Shown piece by piece: positions 38,424 through 58,696 of a DNA stretch of 64,000 nt; position 1 is the first letter of the stretch, and every line of letters begins with the position of its first letter. Position numbers and translations under genes: made by a program. The notes beneath the pieces were generated by a model. It saw nothing but the letters and a program-made list of their open reading frames with translations, was not told the origin of the DNA and did not search any database. This DNA comes from Octopus sinensis (Eukaryota), in NCBI RefSeq assembly GCF_006345805.1, contig NC_042999.1:72416001-72480000 (forward strand), written 5' to 3'.

Positions 38424-38462
<39 letters not shown>

Positions 38463-38659
38463 CATACATATATTGAAGTTGGTGGCCCAGCATGGCCACT
38501 GTTGTACAATGACTGAAACAAGTAAAAGAATACAAGAAAATATGTGTGTGTATGCACACACTCACACACAACATTGGTCGGTCCGACTATTCCAGTTTTT
38601 CGCTTTCCCGTGGTTTATAATGTGAGCGTGAGATTACATACATACTAACTTAAGCCAGT

Positions 38660-39350
38660 TGCTCTCATCGACCACTTTTCTCCACTGTCCTTGAATCTTG
38701 GCTATCTTGTCTACTTCTCTCCAGGTAGATCCCTGCTTTTCCAACTCTGACTCCCTATCCCGCCTCCAGCTATTTTTAGACAATCATCTCTTCTGCCTCC
38801 TTGTGGATTCCAGGTGAGGCCCTGGTGTGTAATGCAAGCTGTTGGTTTCCTTAAAGTATAGCGTTTCCGTTCTCACCTGCGCTTCAGGGTCAGGTCTTCC
38901 ACTGGCATCCGCCCCCACTCTCTTCCACAGCTTTTCTTTTCTTATCTTATCTAGCCCACAGTGACACATAGAAATGTGTCAGAGCTAGAAGTCAAAGCTA
39001 GAGTAGCTTTCATCATTCTCAAGAACATCTATGCTTCAATAAAATTTCAATAAAAGCTAATTTGTGCATCAACTCGAATGTGAAGCCCATCCTTCTATGT
39101 GGATTAGAGACATACAGAAGGACTAAGGAGACATTGCAGGAGATACAAACCTTCATCAATAACAGTCTTATGTGTATTCTTCAAATTAGACGGCCTGATA
39201 AGATAAGAAGTTTAACAGATTTGCTCCGGCGAAATTAACTGGCACGTCACATTACTATACGTTGATGAATTTATAGTTCTGACACGGAGAGCAGCTGCCA
39301 GTTATTGCATGATCCGGTTATTTGATGAAAATATAAAGAGATACGAAGAG
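38660..39350 (-). mobile_element. RTE-type LINE 3' remnant
   Basis: NSNVKPILLCGLETYRRTKETLQEIQTFINN, YTLRKPTACITHQGLTWNPQG and GSTWREVDKIAK..QWRKVVD. Confidence 0.75.
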
Positions 39351-40220
39351 AGTAATAATTTGTTTGCTTCGCTCTTTAATTTTGTTTTAGCCATTAAGGC
39401 TGAGGGCCATGCTGGAGCACTGACGTTCCCAATGATTGATCACTTACTCTTACTAACCTGGTGGCATTTAATCTAAACTCAGAAAGACTTGTCACTATTG
39501 TGTCGGCAACGGTTACATTACAAGGTGTGTGTGTGTATGTTGTATGTGTTGGTGTGTGTTTGCGTGTATTTTTGCGTATAGGCATTTATTAACACAAGCA
39601 TACATATACGTAAGTGTGAACGTGTGTGTGTGTTAATGTACATACAAATATATTCACACACACTCACACATTTATGTAAGCATGTATGTATGTATTTGTA
39701 GACATATATGTATACTATGCATGCGTTTGGATTTACAGGCCACACATACATGCCTATATATGTATGAGTGCATGTATATATAATATATATGTGTGTTTAT
39801 AATATATATATATATTATATATCTATATATATTATATATATATAATACGTGTGTGTACATATTGGTATACATATATGTATATATGTATTTATGTGTGTGT
39901 ACATATGTAAATATATATATAGTCGTGGTGTTTTGGTGTCAATGAGTTTATCCAGATTACAGTTGGAAATACATGGAATAAATAACAAAATAAATAACAG
40001 ATCGTGTGAAATAACCAATGAAGGAAAGACCGGATTGTTTACTGTAAAGAGATATAACAGAATAGCCGAAGCTATGAACGAAAGGAAACAAACATTGAAG
40101 ACACAACTAGTTGGTAATTAAGTTTACTTAGGTTAATTGAAGAAAATATGTGACTGATCACAAGTATTACATGAAGCTTTAGACAATGAAAACTAGCTGA
40201 TAATTTGGGTGAAGCGTGCA

Positions 40221-40265
<45 letters not shown>

Positions 40266-41340
40266 TAGATTGGACAAAAACTGAATTACCAAAGCTAGAC
40301 AGAATAACTAGGAAGGAATTCAATATGAATGGAGGACTCCACCCATGAGCAGGAGTACCAGGATTATACTTAACTAGAAAGGAAGGCGGAAGAAGTTAAC
40401 TCTACGCAGTCTTCTACTGCGTGGAGTTAGAGTAGTTATGGACTCCTATGTAGGTAATTGTGAAGACAGTACATTAAAAGCTGCTAGAGTCACAGAAAGA
40501 CATAGAGAAACCGAAAACCTAAACGAAACTAAAAACCAGAAAAAAGAACAGAAATGATCTGACTGGCAGGAGAAGGTGTTGCACGGTAGATTTCAAAACT
40601 TCAGAAAATAGTAGTAGTGAGGTATGGTTATGGTTACAGAAAGGAAAGCTGAAAGGGGATACAGAAAGTTTGTTAGTAGCTGCACAAGATCAAGCATTAA
40701 GGACTAATTGGATAAAAACCGAGGTAGACAAAACCCAAGTAGATTCCTAATGTAGGTTATGCAAATCAAAAGTGGAAAGCGTTACTCATGTAGTAAGTGA
40801 ATGTAGCATGCTGGCACAGAAAGAATACAAGAAAAGACATGACAACCTAAGGAGAGTAATCCACTAGGACTTGAACATACAAATAAATGGTATGAACATG
40901 AACCTAGTAAAGTACTAGAAAGTAAGAAATACAAGATGTTGTGGGACTTCAACATTGAGATTGACAGAGTAATAGAAGCTAGAAGGCCTGATTTAGTAAT
41001 AGGAGATAAAGAGAACAGAAAGTGCCAATTGATTAAAAAAAATTAATATATAAGAGAGGTATGTAAAAATTTGCCAAGTACCAGAGAATTACAGAGACTA
41101 TGGAAATTGTGGGTAAAAGGTATTCCAGTAGTTATAAATGCATTGGGAACTATTCCTAAAGATCTGAACAGATGAATAGAGGAAATAGGCATAAACCTAG
41201 TTTAGTACAGCTCCAGAAAACAGTATTGTTAGGGACAGCTAGGATACTTAGGAGCGGTCTTGGCATCTAAAGTTACTTGTTGTAGCCCAATGTTATGATT
41301 TTTTTTCTTTTCCAACAGTTTAATTTGTTATGTGTATATG
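40266..41340 (+). mobile_element. 5'-truncated R4/Dong-type LINE, family D
   Basis: WTKTELPKLDRITRKE..GGLHP*...LYLTRKEGGR, GKLKRDTESLLVAAQDQALRTN, CRLCK...THVVSECSMLAQKEYKKRHD, RRPDLVI and LQKTVLLGTARILR. Flanked by (TAA)n at 40225-40265 and 41345. Confidence 0.85.
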
Positions 41341-41344
41341 AATA

Positions 41345-41893
41345 TAATAATAATAATAATAATAATATATAATAATATAATAATAACTAATAATAATAAT
41401 AATAATAATAAGAATAATAATATAATAATAATAATAATAATAACAAGAGAAGAAGAAGAAGAAGAAGAAGAAGAGAAGAAGAAGAAGAAGAAGAAGAAGA
41501 AGAAGAAGAAAAATAAGAGAAGAAGAAGGAAGAAGAAAAAAAGAAGAAAAAAAGAACACCGGGGACGTTTAGATGTAAGAAGGAAAATTCAGAGCTCCGA
41601 AATCTATCCACAAACATCGAAAACAAGGACATCCTATGGAGCCAAAGTTTTACTAACAAAGAATTGGACTGTATCCGAGTAAGTAATAATACATAATAAT
41701 AATAATAATAATAATAAAAAATAATAATAATAATAATAATAATAACAATAAGAAGAAGAAAAAAGAGAAAAGAAAAGAAGAAGAAAAGAAGAAGAAGAAA
41801 AGAAGAAGAAGAAAAGAATAAGAGAAGAATAGAAGAAGAAGAAGAAGAAGAAGAAGAGAAGAAGAAGAAGAAGAAGAAGAAGAAGAAAAAGAA
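41345..41893. repeat. two (TAA)n-(GAA)n composite tracts separated by a duplicated LINE 5' end
   Basis: 41345-41553 and 41689-41893 each grade from TAA to GAA repeats. 41554-41688 is a near-exact copy of the first 135 bp of the element starting at 41894. Confidence 0.9.
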
Positions 41894-44800
41894 GAACACC
41901 GGGGACGTTTAAGATGTAAGAAGGAAAATTCAGAGCTCCGAAATCTATCCACAAACATCGAAAACAAGGACATCCTATGGAGCCAAAGTTTTACTAACAA
42001 AGAATTGGACTGTATCCGAGTAAGTAATACTTATTGAAATTTATTACTATTTTCGAAACGAAATGATGTATTTTGACTCGATATCATCTCCGCCTCTAAC
42101 GCAACACATGTAAACATGCGTGGAACATCACGATCATCTCCGACCCCAAACACCATGTACAAAGGAACTACGAAGAAATTAAATGCCACCGATACTATTC
42201 AACACAAGAATAACAATCGAGCGGTACGTACATTAAACTTACAACAAAAAATGTACGAAAAACTACACGTGCGAAATAATGTGACAACAGAAATGAACGG
42301 ACCGGTACCCTACGATAATGACGACCGTCAAAATAATGGGCCGGACGTTGTACCTCATGTCCCGCAAATAAAACCCAAAAGACGTAAATGGACACGTGAG
42401 GAATACATTTCTATCTTACACGCATACTTCACAGCAGTACTCTACCCAAAAAATGAAAATACAACAACACATACATATAAAATATGGAAGGAAAATAATA
42501 GAGATATAGACTTGGATACAGCAATGAACCCTAATAAATTAGCTAACGTACGAAGATACATTCTCAAAGCCAAAAAATCAGAAATAGAAATAGAACATTA
42601 AAAGTAAAAATACACCAGGAAATGTAGATAGAAGCCACACAACAATGCCCATAATATAAACACTGAAACTGTAAAACACGAAGACAAACGCAACGTTCCC
42701 AACAAACACGATGTAAACAACGAAGGGGAGCCTAATGATTATGATAATATAAAAAAAAATAATCAAAGAACTGAAAACCACAGAGCCCAAATGGACCACC
42801 GACCATACCTCCCAAGAATAAAATAAACGAAATAACAACACCAATTATAAACAGCATAAACCTAGCCGTCACTGAACTAGCCACTGAACAAAAAAAAAGT
42901 GATATCACTGAACTAAATGACTTGATATACGCAGCAGCCACTGCAGCCACAAAAGAAGCTGGATACTCACCCAAACCCGCCCAAACAGGAGTACCACCAC
43001 CCAACAAACCCTGTGAATAAATAACATCCAAAACAAAATAAAAAATTAGAAAAGACCTGTCGATTCTTAATGAAATCAGCAAACAATCAACACTACTGAG
43101 CAACAGAAAGAGAACAAAAATGCTCCGCAAATATAACATCACAGAAAAAGATTTGCCGGAGATAAAAGAAAAGCTGAAGCAAGATATCCTTGCCAAAGCT
43201 CAAAGGATCCGCCGGTACGAGAAACGCCAACGCTTCTTTGAACAGAACAAAAAGTTCAACTCAACTCCAACCCCAAAAGTTCTACCAAGAACTGGGAAAA
43301 ATAAAATAAAAGTCACTGCAGCACCAACGGCAGAAGAATTGGAAGAATTCTGGAGAGAAATATGGTCGGCGAACGAACAGCCAAAACAAAGGAGTATCAA
43401 AATAACAAACTCGGCATCTGAACCCCAGGCACTGCAAAAACTAAGCAACTGGAAGGCACCTGGGCATGACAAGATCCCCAACTTCTGGTTGAAATATCTA
43501 ACAGGAATGCACAAAAAGCTGGCTGAAAACTTTAACAGCATACTAGCAGAGCCAGAGACAATGCCTGAATGGCTCACGAAGGGGAAAACCATCTTAATTC
43601 CCAAATCAAATGAAACAGCAAAACCAGAAAACTACAGACCAATAACCTGCCTCCCTACTATGTTCAAGGCATTTACTGCAGTGATATCGCAAAGGCTGAA
43701 CAAGCACCTGGACGAAAACAAACTGTTCCCAGAAGAGCAGAAAGGATGCCGCAAAGGCTCATATGGCTGTAAAGATCAACTAATGATTAATAAAGCCGTA
43801 ACTGAAGACAGCCACAGAAAGAAGAAAGGCCTCAGTATGGCCTGGATTGACTACAAAAAGGCGTTTGATAGCATCCCCCACACATGGATCCTCGAAACAC
43901 TAGCCATTAACAAAGTAGCACCAACAATCATAAAATTCATAGAGCACTCTATGAATAAATGGCAAACAGTCCTACATCTCCAACCAAAGAGGGACTGATG
44001 AAAACCAAAACATCCCCATTAGAAGAGGAATATTCCAGGGAGACACGCTCTCTCCACTCCTTTTCTGCTTGGCACTGCCACCTCTATCTGATATGCTAAA
44101 TAGAACTGGATGCGGATATAAATGTTACGGCAAAACGATCAGCCACCTTTTATATATGGATGACTTAAAACTATACGCTGCAAATGACAAACAGCTGGAA
44201 ACACTATTAAAGACAGTTCATGGATTTACCAAAGAAATAGATATGAAATTTGGATTAGAAAAATGCGCCAAAGTAACCATGAAAAGAGGAAAACTAGTTA
44301 AGAGTAACAACATCACACTAGATAAAACCAATGAAATAAAAGAATTAGACCAAAGCCAAACTTACAAATACTTAGGAATCCATGAACTAGATAAGACACA
44401 ACACACACAAATGAAAGAGAAAATAAAAAAAGAATATTATAGACGAGTTAGATCAATACTAAAAACAGAGCTCAATGCTAAAAACAAGATAATAGGTATC
44501 AACACTTTAGCTGTCCCAGTTATAAGTTACAGCTACAATATCCTTAACTGGACACGAAATAAACTGTCCAAAATAGATAGGAAAACAAGAAAAATACTGA
44601 CAGGATCTAGGATGCATCACCCAAAATCTGACATAGAAACACTATATATACAACGTATAGAAGGTGGTAGAGGCCTTATACAGCTGGAAAACTACTATAA
44701 AATAACCACCATAGGACTGCAAAAATACCTACTTCAGAAGGAAGGAAAACTGATCCAGATAGCAGCAAAACACGAGCAAAACAAAAAATGTTCTCAGTAT

Positions 44801-45815
44801 TTAAGGAAGCTGACAAATACAAACAAGAAATCATACCACCTGATAAACACGAAGAGAAGAAGAAGAAGAAGATGAAGAAACAACAAAAGCTATTAAAACA
44901 AATGAAATCCAAACTAAAAATAGAACAGCAACGAACCATGATAAAACGATGGCAAGAAAAGCCCCTTCATGGTAAATACTGGACTAAACTAACGCAAAAG
45001 AAATAGACAAAGAAAAATCCCAGCAATGGTTGAGAAGCTCAGGACTCAAAGCAGAGACAGAGGGATTTTTAATTGCAGCACAAGACCAAAGCCTCCCCAC
45101 CAGAAATTACCAAAAACATGTAATGAAAAGAAATATTACAAGTAACTGCAGAATATGTGGAGATGGACAAGAAACAATAAATCATATTATCTCTGGCTGC
45201 CCAGTCCTGGCTAAGAAGGAATATATTCACAGACATGACAGAGTTGGAACCTACATACATTGGAAGCTATGCCAACATTATGGAATAACAACAGAAAAAA
45301 GATGGTATAGGCACACACCAGAAAAAGGTTACAGAAAACGAGAAAGCAACCATACTCTGGGATATGCCGATACACACAGATAGAGAAATTAAGGCCAACA
45401 GACCAGATATAGTTGTCAGAGATCATGAAGAAAAAAAATGCTTTCTAATTGATGTATCAATACCGGCAGATGACAACGTGTCTCTAACAGAAATGGAGAA
45501 GAAAACTTCAAAATACAAAGATCTGGAAATAGAGGTAACTAGAATGTGGAATCTAAAAACAGAAACAATTCCTATCATAGTAGGTGCATTAGGCATGATA
45601 AAAAAATATTCAGACAAATACATAACAAAAACCAGGACTTACAAACACAATAAACATACAGAAAATTGCACTACTAGGCACTGCACACATCCTACGCAGA
45701 ACACTTTCCATACAATAACCATCAGAGCATCACAACAAATCACAGCACATACCCAAGGCACACAGAGCTGTGCTCGGTAGTGAAGTGAAAGCACGCTATA
45801 AAAATAAAACTACTG
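41894..45815 (+). mobile_element. near-full-length R4/Dong-type RLE LINE, family A copy 1
   Basis: Myb-like KRRKWTREEYISILHAYF. RT motifs NWKAPGHDKIP, NYRPITCLPT, GCKDQLMIN, WIDYKKAFDSIPH, RRGIFQGDTLSPLLF and HLLYMDDLKLY. CCHC knuckle CRICGDGQETINHIISGC. RLE NRPDIVV...LIDVSIP...K..KYKDL. The ORF is broken by several frameshifts and stops. The 3' end is ACTACTG-(AAT)n. Confidence 0.95.
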
Positions 45816-45831
45816 AATAATAATAATAATA

Positions 45832-46066
45832 AGACGAAAGAACTTGACAAGATTAGTAAATATAAAGACTTGTTAATAGAAATTGAAAAACTGTGGCACC
45901 TCAAGGTAACTACAGTACCAGTGATTGTAGGATCCCAAGGAATGATAAAAAAAAGGTACTGAAACCTATTTGAAAATAATTCCAGGCTTACCATCCCTAC
46001 AGAAAGTGCAAAAAATCGTGTTAACTGGAACGGCTCATGTACTGAGAAGAGCATTATCGCTGTGAA
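45832..46066 (+). mobile_element. 3' fragment of R4/Dong-type LINE, family B
   Basis: TKELDKISKYKDLLIEIEKLWHLKVTTVPVIVGSQGMIKK...KVQKIVLTGTAHVLRRALSL*, inserted in the (TAA)n tail of copy 1. Confidence 0.85.
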
Positions 46067-46234
46067 AACAGCATCCATCCATGAATTTATTTATTTATTA
46101 ATTTTTAAATACGTATTCAATCTGTGAATTTGCGCGTGTAATCTGGAAATGCATGCAATGAGCTTCTCTGCCCTAGGTGTATGGAAAACACCCGGCGAGA
46201 AATGGAAGAACATTTGAAGAAAGAAGGAAAAAAC

Positions 46235-46307
<73 letters not shown>

Positions 46308-46309
46308 GA

Positions 46310-51977
<5,668 letters not shown>

Positions 51978-52174
51978 CGATGATGATGATGATGATGATG
52001 ATAACTTCTAATTTACTTATGTTTTGACAGACATTCTCTAGAACAATACTCTGTGCAAAACCAAATATACGGCATCCTAGTCATAACACCAAATTGAACT
52101 TGTCTCTTCAGGTCTCTGGGTGAGACTTGGAGTCAACTTGTACAAATACAAAGCGAAAGCCAAACATATAATAA

Positions 52175-52385
52175 TAATAATATATAATAATAATAATAAT
52201 AATAATAAAAGAATAAATAAGAATAGAAGATAAGAATCAGAAGAAGAAGAAGAAGAAGAAGAAGAAGAAGAAGAAGAAGAAGAAGAAGAAGAGAAGAAGA
52301 AGAAGAAGAAGAAGAAGAAGAATAGTGTTGGTGATAATGATGAGGCGGAGGACGACGACGACGACGATGACGATGATGATGATGA
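52175..52385. repeat. (TAA)n-(GAA)n-(GAC/GAT)n composite microsatellite
   Basis: Direct inspection. Confidence 0.9.
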
Positions 52386-52828
52386 CGTTAGTATTTTGTC
52401 ATGAGGATGTCAAACACACTAATGAAACGGTTTCTACAAAATAATTACAAATAAACATACTCGTGATATGCGCATACTATAAACCGTGGTGGGGTAAAAG
52501 CATAAGAAACATATATAAAACACATACACTAACGAACATAGTAGAAACAAAGGCATCTGTGTCAGATATAAACACCAGCCTAGACAATTTGAGCTTGTGT
52601 AATTGCCTTTTTCCTCCTTTCTGCTTCAAGTCATTTGTAAAAATTTTATCAGAACTTTGTCAGAGAGAAAGTGACCTTGACATAATAGTGATTCCTAATT
52701 TCTTATTATTGACATAAAGCAACGAAGTTGGGGAAAATTTCAAGAAACAGCATTGGGCTGAGTATCAATAGATATCACAGCTTTACTGCTCTGGAATATA
52801 AGCATTAGCATCAATGAAATATCAACGA

Positions 52829-52990
52829 AGGCATAGGAGTGGCTGCGTGGTAAGTAGCTTGCTTACCAAACACATGGTTCCGGGTCCAGTCCCACTGCGT
52901 GGCACCTTGGGCCTCTTCTACTGTAGCATCGGGACGACCAAAGCCTTGTGAGTGGATTTGGTAGACGGAAACTGAAAGAAGCCTGTCGTA

Positions 52991-53035
<45 letters not shown>

Positions 53036-53362
53036 GATATTATAATAATATATATATATTATCTATATATATATATATATAATATTATATATATATATAT
53101 ATATGTATGTAGTTGTGTGCGTATATGTTTGTGTTTCTGTGTTTGTCATTGTGTGTGTGTGTTGTTTGTCCTCCCAACATAGCTTGACAACCGATGCTGG
53201 TGTGTTTACATCCCCCGTAACTTAGCGGTTCGGCAAAAGAGAACGATAGAATAAGTACTTGGATTACAAAGCATAAGTCCTGGGGTGGATTTGCTCGACT
53301 AAATGGCGATGCTCCAGTATGGCTACAGTCAAATGACTGAAACAAGTAAAAGAGTAAAAAGA
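52829..53362 (+). mobile_element. SINE family 1 with expanded internal (TA)n
   Basis: Head GGCATAGGAGTGGCTGCGTGGTAAGTAGC; tail GACTGAAACAAGTAAAAGAGTAAAAGAG. Confidence 0.85.
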
Positions 53363-54452
53363 GAAAGAAGACAAAACATCTGACGAAGAAGTTGAAGAAC
53401 ACCTGCGTAAATAATTCAAATGTAGATCATACTTTTACTTCTTCACATTTATCGTTTAAGCATAATCAACTCTTTTCAATATATATCCTGACGAAGGCAG
53501 CCAGCTAAGCATTTTGCCCGTCTTTACGTTTTTGCTTCAACTGTCACTGGGGTTGACTTTACCTTTCATGCTTTTCGATGTCGATAAAATAAGTACAAGT
53601 TAAGCACTGGGATCGATTTAATCGACGTTGCCTCTCTTCCGATATTTCTGGCTTTGTGACAAAATTTGAAACCAACATATATCTCGACGGCTTTCCATCA
53701 ATTCCACAAATCATACAGCCGCAGGCACAGCTGATATTCTATTCATATCTTCTAGCTGTTCTCCAATCACTACTGCACATCTGCTCCAACTCTACATAAA
53801 TCATCTTAAAATCTGTCTCCACATTACCAAATTTATGTAAAATTTACACCAAATCGCTTATATCCCTTCTTGCCAACAGCACTGGACAATAACAGTAACA
53901 GTCAACCAACACATTTAACAACATAATCATGCAACACACGCACACAAAAGACAAAAATACTACGAGTTACATACAACTTTACATTCACAATACATACATA
54001 GAAGGTACATTAAAGAAAGTAAAATGATGCACAACCATACTTACAGCAAATATACATTTAGCCAGCACAACAATGGTGTACAATCAAGCATTCTTTCAGT
54101 TCTACTTGAACCCCGATTTCACAACCACAATAAATCATAAATAACACAAAACTGCGCACTATGCATTATAACATGTTGTGTATATAACATGTTGTTTACA
54201 ATGTGTCATGATGTGTAGGACACCTACACAATGAAACAAAAATACTATAGATGAAAGACTACCTGGACGTATAAAAGTCAAGATTTGTTGCCTCACAGTC
54301 CCCGTTACTACGAGAAAACTAGCATCGAAGAGCCAAAACACAGATACAACTCTCCATAGCATTAATACAACATCCTAAATAAACTATCTCGCCCACTCAG
54401 CCCATACAAACATAATAGCAAATCTATACAAAGGTGCTCTTACTAAATATTT

Positions 54453-54830
54453 AAGGCAGCGAGCTGGCAGAGACGTTAGCACGCCGGGCGAAATGCTTAG
54501 CGGTATTTCGTCTGCCGTTACGTTCTGAGTTCAAATTCCGCCGAGGTCGACTTTGCCTTTCATCCTTTCGGGGTCGATAAATTAAGTACCAGTTACGCAC
54601 TGGAGTCGATATAATCGACTTAATCCGTTTGTCTGTCCTTGTTTGTCTTCTCTGTGTTTAGCCCCTTGTGGGTAGTAAAGAAATAGGTATTTTGTCTGAG
54701 TTCAAACTCCGCCGAGGTCGACTTTGCCTTTCATCATTTCGAGGTCGATAAATTAAGTACCAGTTGCATACTAATCCACTGGCCCCCCTCCCCCAAAATT
54801 TCGGGCCTTGTACCTAGAGTAGAAAAGAAT
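54453..54830 (+). mobile_element. SINE family 2, full copy followed by a partial tandem copy with an alternative tail
   Basis: The copy at 54453-54690 ends GGGTAGTAAAGAAATAGG. The second copy restarts at CTGAGTTCAAACTCCGCCGAGG and ends GGCCTTGTACCTAGAGTAGAAAAGAAT. Confidence 0.85.
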
Positions 54831-55129
54831 AGTGCAGACCTAACGCAAGTTAAGATAGAGCAATAAGAAAAAGTATGCAAAGAAACAATAGAGAAATTAC
54901 AAATTTGGTCATCGTAGATGACTATCACAAATAATTTAAGTAGCAACTGCCGAAACTTCGAGGAAACTACTCATAGGAACACCTAAATCCATACAAACAA
55001 CTGAAAATAGAAAATAATGAAAATATTTCTCAATCTTTATTTAAATTACCAACGAAGACAAGAAACTGAAACAAGAAAAATTCTACAGAAATGTTACATA
55101 GCAAAATGACGTAAGTATTCGAGGGATCA

Positions 55130-55430
55130 GAAGTAACTCTCATTAGACTTTCCGGCTGAATTCCCAAGTCTGAGCAACTGAGACTACAGATATTATTCAA
55201 CCATCTCGTTCTCGGCCCACCCCTTGTCTCTTGCCTGTTGGCTCGACTAGAAGGATCCGGCTTGCGATTGTTTTCTGCGACATTCTTATCACATATCCAT
55301 TGTGCCGGAGCTGTGACCTCTCAATGCAGAGAAGTAGTGGCTCAGTTCAACCTAGAGAAACTCCCTGACCTCTGAGCTAAGCATCATATGAAGTAACGTT
55401 ACTCCAGAAGATTCAACAAAGAAGTACTCC
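55130..55430 (-). mobile_element. RTE-type LINE 3' remnant (second family)
   Basis: IERSQLRHNGYVIRMSQKTIASRILLVEPTGKR resembles IERSQLRW.GHV.RM...P.GKRPRGRPR.RW. Confidence 0.65.
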
Positions 55431-55724
55431 ATCTCGTGAGAGATAAATATTATTTATTCAATAGACACGATACATATATGCACAATATATATATATATGC
55501 GAAAATAAATTTAAGACCGATGATAAAAGTTCTATTTCTTACAAAATATTTTGTTACTAACACCATACAAATTATTTTTATCTTTAATACCTTATGCAGA
55601 ATTTATTTCTCTTTCGAATGATGCAGACAATAATTATTTTTATACAACTTGAAGAATTCTAATGCTAAATTAATATAACGTTATTGGTCTTAAATTTATT
55701 TTCGCCAGTGTATGTATGTTTATA

Positions 55725-55815
<91 letters not shown>

Positions 55816-56156
55816 ATATATATATATGGGTGGTGGTGTCGAGCAAGTGTCTACTTTATCTCTTGCACCACCAAAAAGAAAATCAGAATACTTACGTGCA
55901 AAGTTAATTCATGTGGTCAAAGTGAATGAATTCTCTTCTCACCACAAAAACCAAACACAATGTAATGCATGCAGGAGAGACTGTTCTGATCAGAAGGAAA
56001 GTTGTCCGCAGAATCATTCATATGACGTCGAGGTTGGCACAGAGAATGTGGAGAATATTCAAATGATGCTTTTATATATTCTTATTGCGTGTGCCTGTAT
56101 AGAAATACAAGCATGTATGTACATGAGTGTGTGAAAACAGAATAATCAGTGTGTTT

Positions 56157-56218
<62 letters not shown>

Positions 56219-56852
56219 ATGTGTGTGTGCGTGTGAGTACGCGCGCACATGTGTGTGTGCGTATGTGTGGGTACATAGGGTGAACCAAAAGTAACGCACC
56301 AAAACATGACACTTTTTTTTTTTATTTATGTCACGTTATTATTCATTATTATTATTATTATTATTATTATCATTATTATTATAAATAAGGCAACGAGCTG
56401 ACAGAATCGTTAGCGCGCTGGACGAAATGCTTAGCGATATTTCGCCTGTCACTACGATGTGAGTTCAAATTCCGCCGAGGACGACTACGCCTTTCATCCT
56501 TTCGAGGTCGATAAATTAAGTACCAGTTGCGTACTGGGGTCGATGTAATTGGCTTAATCCCTTCCCAAAAATTTGAGGCCTTGTGTTTTCAGTCGAAAGG
56601 ATTAATATTATTGCTATTATTATTGTTATTATGAATCATTTGTTTCATCATGTACAAGTACGTATGCATTCATCATTTATTTATTTCTTTCGTTCAATTT
56701 TTTAAAAAATTGAACCGTCTTTGACAATTCTGGAGCGTATTGAACTTGCGCGTGACTTTCGGCCCATCTTGTACGTATATAGTTACAGAGAGAGACAGAG
56801 AGAGAGAGAGACAGACAGACAGGCAGACAGACAGATAGACAGACAGACAGAC

Positions 56853-56930
<78 letters not shown>

Positions 56931-57048
56931 ACACGTATTTATGTATGTGTATGATTATATATAATTTTGTCAAAACAAAAATTAAGAATAATCAAGATAC
57001 ACACTCACACACACTCACACACATACACACACACTCACACACACACTG

Positions 57049-57082
<34 letters not shown>

Positions 57083-57239
57083 ACACACATACACACCCGT
57101 GTGTGCTTGTCTATATTTACTCATGCAAGAATAGACATATACTGACACAGCAATTAGACAATTGCCGCCAGGACCAGAAAGTGAGAATAGGAATATAATG
57201 TTGGGATGACAAATATACATATACACATACATATGATAT

Positions 57240-57306
<67 letters not shown>

Positions 57307-57689
57307 ATTTCAAATGCGATGTAATTAAAAGTTTGACCCGAGGTTGAGGAAGTGAGTTTTTTTACAGGTGAATAGTAACGTACTGATAATCAGAACAATC
57401 CTATGTTTTAAGTTCACTAATGCCAACAACATTAGCCACTATATGACAAATTACACCTTCAGCTACAGTGAAATGGAACTATCAGTATCACTTCTACACT
57501 TGTTATCTTTTTAGAGCTTCAGAGATCTTTAGTTCACTCTGTCAATAATTTTTATTGTTGATGGTAGAGATAACAATTATTAGAAGAATAATTTTAACAC
57601 TCAATGAACTGTTATCTCTCGAGATGGTTTGTACGCATTTGTGTGCTCGTGCGTGTGTTTCTGTTTATAGATATTCTTTCATTTTTTTT

Positions 57690-58027
57690 TACTCGTTTCA
57701 GTCATTTGACTGCAGCCATGCTGGAGCACCGCCTTTTAGTCGAACAAATCGACCCCAGGACTTATTCTTTGTAAGCCATAGTACTTATTCGATCGGTTGC
57801 TTTTGCCGAGCCGCTAAGTTTCGGGGACACAAATACATACATACATATGTGTTGTGTGTGTGTGTGTGTGTGTGGTGTGTGTGTGTGTGTGTGTGTGTGT
57901 GCATGTTTGTATGTATATATACATATACATATATAGGACAGGGTTCTTTCAGTTAGCGTCTACCAAATCCACTCACAAGGCTTTGGTCGGCCCGAGGTTA
58001 GAGTAGAAAACACCAGCCATCTCTGCG

Positions 58028-58030
<3 letters not shown>
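57690..58030 (-). mobile_element. SINE family 1 (head partly deleted)
   Basis: Reverse complement of family 1, including CAGTCATTTGACTGCAGCCATGCTGGAGCACCGCC and TACCAAATCCACTCACAAGGC. Confidence 0.8.
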
Positions 58031-58066
<36 letters not shown>

Positions 58067-58531
58067 TATGTAAAACATATGCATATATACATACATATAT
58101 GTACGTATCTACCTCTACATGTATATATACATGCATATATGGGTACAGGGCACCAAAAAAACGAAAACATAAACACAAAACCAAGGAAATGGACATTTTT
58201 TTAAGCAACAAAAAAATAGAGTACAGAACATACAAAACAAGGAAAATTTCCCTTCTTCAGTCGCCTTAGATTCATCTACTCCACGTTTCGAAGGTCAAGG
58301 CGATACATGACTTCAATGAAAATTTCCTTCCCGCGAAAATAAAATAAAATAAAATTTGAGATTTTTTTGCGGAGAGGTAAAAATGTTAACAAAAACAGGA
58401 CAGTAACGACAGTACAAAATATAAACAGTAAAGAACAGGACACGGAGAATAACAGTAATACAAACAAGAAGGGCTGTTAAGCCAAACGAGATAAAAAACG
58501 CTATTTTTTGAGATGGCAAGGAGCAACATGC

Positions 58532-58565
<34 letters not shown>

Positions 58566-58621
58566 ATGTATGTATATATACATGCATGTCTACCTATATA
58601 TGCATATATATATATGTATAA

Positions 58622-58696
<75 letters not shown>

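Noticed and set aside
41894-42030. Possible HDV-like ribozyme at the LINE 5' end (GATGT/ACATC and GCTCC/GGAGC could cross-pair)
   Set aside because: I could not place P3/L3, P1.1 or the catalytic C in the required order. It would need a descriptor search.
53485-53505. CCTGACGAAGGCAGCCAGCT, a possible half hammerhead
   Set aside because: It is cut off by a SINE2 fragment, with no GAAA or stem III.
54150-54330. VVYITCCLQC as a possible third GIY-YIG remnant
   Set aside because: The YIG half and downstream motifs are not recoverable, so it is too weak to call.
58255-58325. Minus-strand GTCA/TGAC hairpin followed by CGAAACGT, resembling a PLE terminal-repeat hammerhead
   Set aside because: The CUGANGA box is not recognisable and the triplet would be GUG. 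At best it is a dead relic.
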